Below, in pieces: positions 60,421 through 64,000 of a stretch of DNA of 64,000 nt. Source of the DNA: Candidatus Zixiibacteriota bacterium (lineage in GTDB: Bacteria > Zixibacteria > MSB-5A5 > GN15 > FEB-12); the NCBI GenBank assembly GCA_024276275.1, contig JAJRXM010000020.1, positions 3,231 through 67,230 on the forward strand, written 5' to 3'. The translations under genes and the position numbers were made by a program. A model generated the notes under the pieces. It was given only the letters and a program-made list of their open reading frames with translations, had not been told where the DNA came from and did no database searches. Numbering within the stretch: position 1 is the stretch's first letter; each line of letters opens with the position of its first letter.

Positions 60421-60493
60421 AGTTTTGTATAACCGATGAAAGAGAAGAGCATAACTCTTCTCCTTGCATCTTTCTACATAATAAAAATAAGGT

Positions 60494-61345
60494 TTATTTT
60501 AAAACTTGTGCTTGTGCTTTCACATCTGACAATGGAACATAGTCAATAGATGCGGACACTTTTTGCCCTTTCGTAGAGAGACACCAGTTTAAAAGTTTTT
60601 GCAAATCTCCGGTCGGTTTTTCAGAAAAGAACCAGTACAAATCTCTAGAAATCGGATAAGAACCGTTAGAGACTGTTTCTACTGATGGAATAATAGCATC
60701 GGAATCATCATTCTCGCGAACAGCGGCAAACTTGACACCTTTTGCCCAGGCAATACCACCGTACCCGATACCATAACGGTCTTGAGCAACAGCATTTACT
60801 ACTGCTGCAGTTCCCGGCAAGGCTTGAGTTTTTTCAGTATAATCTTCTTTGAGTAAGGCTCTTTTTTTGAAGAAAGCATAGGTGCCGGAGTTGTTCTCAC
60901 GACCGTATAGTATGATAACGTGGTCTTCTCCGCCGACTTCATTCCAATTTGTTATAGCACCTGTGTACATTCCTTTTAATTGTGCTAATGAAAGTTCTTT
61001 AACAGGGTTCTTTACATTTAAATATACAGAGATACCGTCTAAAGCTACTGAAACGCGGTAAGGAGTAATTCCTTTTCGTTCAGCAAGTTTATACTCTTTT
61101 GCTTTCATATCACGTGATGCTTCACAAACATCGGTTGTACCGTTCAAAAGGGCAGCGATGCCGGTTCCTGACCCACCACCGGATACTTGAATAATAGTTC
61201 CGGGATTTTCTTTCATATACTCTTCAGCCCATCGTTGTCCTAAACGAACCAGAGTATCAGATCCTTTAATTGTTATAGTCTGACCGGAAAATACATACCC
61301 GGCAGAAAGAGCTAAAGCGAGAACAATCAGAATTACTTTTTTCAT
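60494..61345 (-). CDS. pstS: Phosphate-binding protein PstS
   Basis: Signal peptide, then IKGSDTLVRLGQRWAEEY and VSGGGSGTGIAAL. Confidence 0.9.
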   Translation of the reverse strand: MKKVILIVLALALSAGYVFSGQTITIKGSDTLVRLGQRWAEEYMKENPGTIIQVSGGGSGTGIAALLNGTTDVCEASRDMKAKEYKLAERKGITPYRVSVALDGISVYLNVKNPVKELSLAQLKGMYTGAITNWNEVGGEDHVIILYGRENNSGTYAFFKKRALLKEDYTEKTQALPGTAAVVNAVAQDRYGIGYGGIAWAKGVKFAAVRENDDSDAIIPSVETVSNGSYPISRDLYWFFSEKPTGDLQKLLNWCLSTKGQKVSASIDYVPLSDVKAQAQVLK

Positions 61346-61368
61346 TTTTTCTTACCTTGATAAGTGTG

Positions 61369-62490
61369 TTAAAATTTAAATAATGTATTTACGTATACAT
61401 GAGATTCAGAATCTACACCGGCAGCTTCATAAGATACCGTACGGAAATTTATTGATGCTTTAAAACCTTTAGTTGGATTACATTCCATGCCGGCGATAAA
61501 TAATGACTTACCGTCGTTGTCTATCTCTGTGTTTGGATCTAAAATATCAAATCGACCAAATATGTTCAGCATGTCGGCAAAAGATTCTGATTTAGCAAAG
61601 CTTTTAAAATAGAGTGTTCCAAAAAATGATAAACCGGATGATTTCTTGTCCGCAATTTCAGTACCTGTTATGTCGTTATAACCGGACCCGGAAGTTCTGA
61701 AATTAGCATCAAAACCCAGGTCAAGTTTATTACTATATCCAAGAATACCGCCAAGAGATATAATCTGATTTTTAAACTGCGATGCTACCATATCAGCTCC
61801 GGTTGCTGTTGTATCAACACCGGGCATAAGAGTAACGTTTTTTGTACCGATATATGCTTGGGCCAACAATTTGGAGCGTTTAAAATTTTCGTTATTGGCC
61901 AAAGGCTTTAAAAGTACAAACGCCGAGATATCTTTGTTTTTATTCTTCTCTTTGACAGAGGTATATTTGGTTCCGTTAAAAATCTGTAAAGCCAGATAAC
62001 CTGTCTTACCTTTTTCTCCAAGATTTACAAAGGCACCGATACCAAGGTCAGATGTTGTCAAATATTTATTTAAATCACCGACTGTTTTCTGTAGATATCT
62101 CCGACCCCATAATTTATTCATGTTATCAATATAAAGGGTAGGTTGCATACCGTATCTGACTTTGAAATTACCGTTGCCAAATTCCGGTTTCCAATCAACA
62201 TATCCATATTTTAAAATAACTGAATATCCGTCAAATGATGATGTTTCCCGAACATCGGTAGTGATACGGACAGAAGTATTATTTGATAATTTTGATTTTA
62301 TGGTGATATACGCTCTTTTTATGTTAAAACTGTTGGCAGATTCACTACCGTTTGTTGAGTTAAGATTCCAATCGGCATATAATCTCCCATGCACATTGGT
62401 GTCTGCTGCAAAAGATGTGGAGTATAAACTCAACAGAAGCAGTAGACTTAAAGCGTTAATGATTTTTTTCAATTTTTCCTCACTTGACAT
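61369..62490 (-). CDS. Outer-membrane porin, probably phosphate-selective (OprO/P-like by context)
   Basis: Signal peptide, beta-strand pattern, C-terminal ...NTLFKF. Positioned first in the pst operon behind Pho-box-like repeats. Confidence 0.55.
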   Translation of the reverse strand: MSSEEKLKKIINALSLLLLLSLYSTSFAADTNVHGRLYADWNLNSTNGSESANSFNIKRAYITIKSKLSNNTSVRITTDVRETSSFDGYSVILKYGYVDWKPEFGNGNFKVRYGMQPTLYIDNMNKLWGRRYLQKTVGDLNKYLTTSDLGIGAFVNLGEKGKTGYLALQIFNGTKYTSVKEKNKNKDISAFVLLKPLANNENFKRSKLLAQAYIGTKNVTLMPGVDTTATGADMVASQFKNQIISLGGILGYSNKLDLGFDANFRTSGSGYNDITGTEIADKKSSGLSFFGTLYFKSFAKSESFADMLNIFGRFDILDPNTEIDNDGKSLFIAGMECNPTKGFKASINFRTVSYEAAGVDSESHVYVNTLFKF

Positions 62491-62516
62491 AGTTAATATT
62501 TCTTGTTTATATTATC

Positions 62517-62555
62517 TGACTAGAAAAAACTAATGAAATGTTAGGATTGTGTTAA
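62517..62555 (-). promoter_or_regulatory. Pho-box-like array: four hexamers at 11-bp phasing upstream of a -10-like TATAAA
   Basis: Minus strand: TTAACA-caatc-CTAACA-tttca-TTAGTT-ttttc-TAGTCA-gataa-TATAAA, ending 15 nt before the porin ATG (62490). Confidence 0.45.
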
Positions 62556-62631
62556 GATAAAGTTTTTTTTATATCAAATTTTAGGGTATAAATCAGTTAG
62601 ATTTGCATTTAATTATGGTTTTTGCTGAAAA

Positions 62632-64000
62632 TTAGGTAGGAAGATGAATTGAAAATGTTGAGCCTTCATTAGGCACCGAGTGTACTTCTACACTGCCGTT
62701 ATGTATACGGGCGATATGTTTGACAATTGCCAGCCCTAGTCCGGTACCGCCTATATCCCGACTGCGAGCTAAATCTACTCTATAAAATCGCTCAAATAAT
62801 CGGGGGAGATGTTGCGATGCTATCCCGCACCCTTCATCAGAAACAGAGATTTTAATTTCATTAGTTTTTTGAACTATCTGAATTCTAATAGATGTATTCC
62901 TGTCAGAGTATTTTATAGCATTATCCAAAAGATTTATAAGAGCGTGTTCAAGGTATTTTCGTTGAGTCCGAATTTTAATTTCATCATTACAGTCAACAGA
63001 TATCGTTATTTCTTTCTCTTTGCTTTTTTGTTCTACAACTTCAACAGATGTTTTTATTAAATTGAGTAAATTTTCTTCAGCAAATTCAACTGTTTGAATA
63101 ACCGATTCATTTTCAAATTTTGCCAGAGAAAGTAAATCTTCGACAATCAATGCCAACCTAGAGGTATGACGATTTATTATCTGAGTGAACTTTTCAGCAC
63201 TTTCTTTATCGTCTAAAGCACCGTCAAGTAATGTTTCTACCGACCCTTTAATAGCGGTAATCGGTGTTCGCAGTTCATGAGAAACATTGGCTACAAAATC
63301 CCGTCTTATTTTATCCAGACGTTTTAACTTTGTTATATCGTTAAATACCATAACAGTACCAATTTTTTTGTTTTCATGATTATTTAATATTGTGCCGTAT
63401 ACTGCGATATATTTTTCATCTGATAACTGCAAATGTAAATCTCTTACAACATTTTCAGTCTCAAGTTGGGTAGCATTTATAAAATTGTGCAATTCTTTAT
63501 TTCGTACAATTTCCTGAATAGATTTTCCGTTTATATCTTTATCTGAAATTTCAAGAAGTTCCAAAACTTTCTTATTGTAATTCACAACCTTCTCATTCAA
63601 ATCAAGAGCTAAAACACCTTCAGACAATGAAGAAAGTATCGCTTCCCGTTCGTTTCGCTGTTGAATAATTATACCTATCCGCTTGTTGAGTTGTTGTGCC
63701 ATATCATTCATTGTGTCAGATAAAATTCCTAACTCTTCTGAATGAAACGGAGGTATTTGAGTTTGAAATTCTCCTCGAGAAAACCTTTTGATACCTTTTT
63801 GTAATTCTTTTAGAGGATGAGATACTTTTCCAAATATTAATAAACTCAACAAGGTTACTAAAATAGTTATTACAATACCGCTTATAAACATATCACGATT
63901 GAATTTATCAAGAATTATTTTTATCGCATGCATCGGTAGGGCAGTACGTATTACTCCGACAATCTGAGATTGTATTTTTAATGGTACAGCGATATACATC
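62632..64000 (-). CDS. PhoR-like sensor histidine kinase (N-terminus beyond window end)
   Basis: HAMP-like segment, PAS-like region, HisKA H-box FVANVSHELRTPITAI, and HATPase N/G boxes (NLLDNAIKY, DEGCGI, GGTGLGLAIVK). Confidence 0.8.
   Translation of the reverse strand, partial: MYIAVPLKIQSQIVGVIRTALPMHAIKIILDKFNRDMFISGIVITILVTLLSLLIFGKVSHPLKELQKGIKRFSRGEFQTQIPPFHSEELGILSDTMNDMAQQLNKRIGIIIQQRNEREAILSSLSEGVLALDLNEKVVNYNKKVLELLEISDKDINGKSIQEIVRNKELHNFINATQLETENVVRDLHLQLSDEKYIAVYGTILNNHENKKIGTVMVFNDITKLKRLDKIRRDFVANVSHELRTPITAIKGSVETLLDGALDDKESAEKFTQIINRHTSRLALIVEDLLSLAKFENESVIQTVEFAEENLLNLIKTSVEVVEQKSKEKEITISVDCNDEIKIRTQRKYLEHALINLLDNAIKYSDRNTSIRIQIVQKTNEIKISVSDEGCGIASQHLPRLFERFYRVDLARSRDIGGTGLGLAIVKHIARIHNGSVEVHSVPNEGSTFSIHLPT

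Overview
AT-rich (by eye about one-third G+C) chromosomal segment from a diderm bacterium. I count about 60 protein genes and one tRNA-Glu(CUC). I saw no rRNA, no CRISPR array, and no intact transposase, integrase or phage gene. The housekeeping backbone is yigZ, dprA, murQ, an LptF/LptG pair, ahcY-metK, murA, hutU/hutI, an LptE-like gene, and a complete phosphate locus (PhoR-like kinase, porin, pstSCAB, phoU). LPS-transport genes, an Omp85-type barrel, a PorV/PorQ-like protein and a lysine-rich histone-like protein suggest an FCB-group-like lineage; this is inference only.

Less ordinary content:
1. An ECF sigma/anti-sigma - MMPL/RND - LolA-like - beta-barrel - DUF2892 envelope cluster with a shared 16-nt upstream motif.
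2. A tightly packed four-gene operon (32.5-35.5 kb) encoding only membrane proteins with no domain I can name.
3. A cytochrome-bd-like membrane protein fused to a dihaem cytochrome c.
4. An AT-rich islet with a NERD-like/SEC-C protein.
5. A 644-bp insert carrying a ParB-like gene, bracketed by 60-bp direct repeats that duplicate the 3' end of a neighbouring gene.
6. A decayed REP-associated (RayT-like) transposase with GTAG-type REP hairpins.
7. A Lon-like protease with a Walker-A Lys-to-Arg change.
8. A 1086-aa HExxH/propeller/Omp85 fusion.

Data-quality or decay signal: five 1-nt frame breaks all lie in homopolymer runs, and three conserved-looking genes carry in-frame TAA codons.

I cannot show that any of these is a genuinely new system. 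The four-gene membrane operon, the ECF/MMPL cluster and the NERD/SEC-C islet are the best candidates. All family calls come from motif recognition by eye, with no database search, and start codons are approximate.
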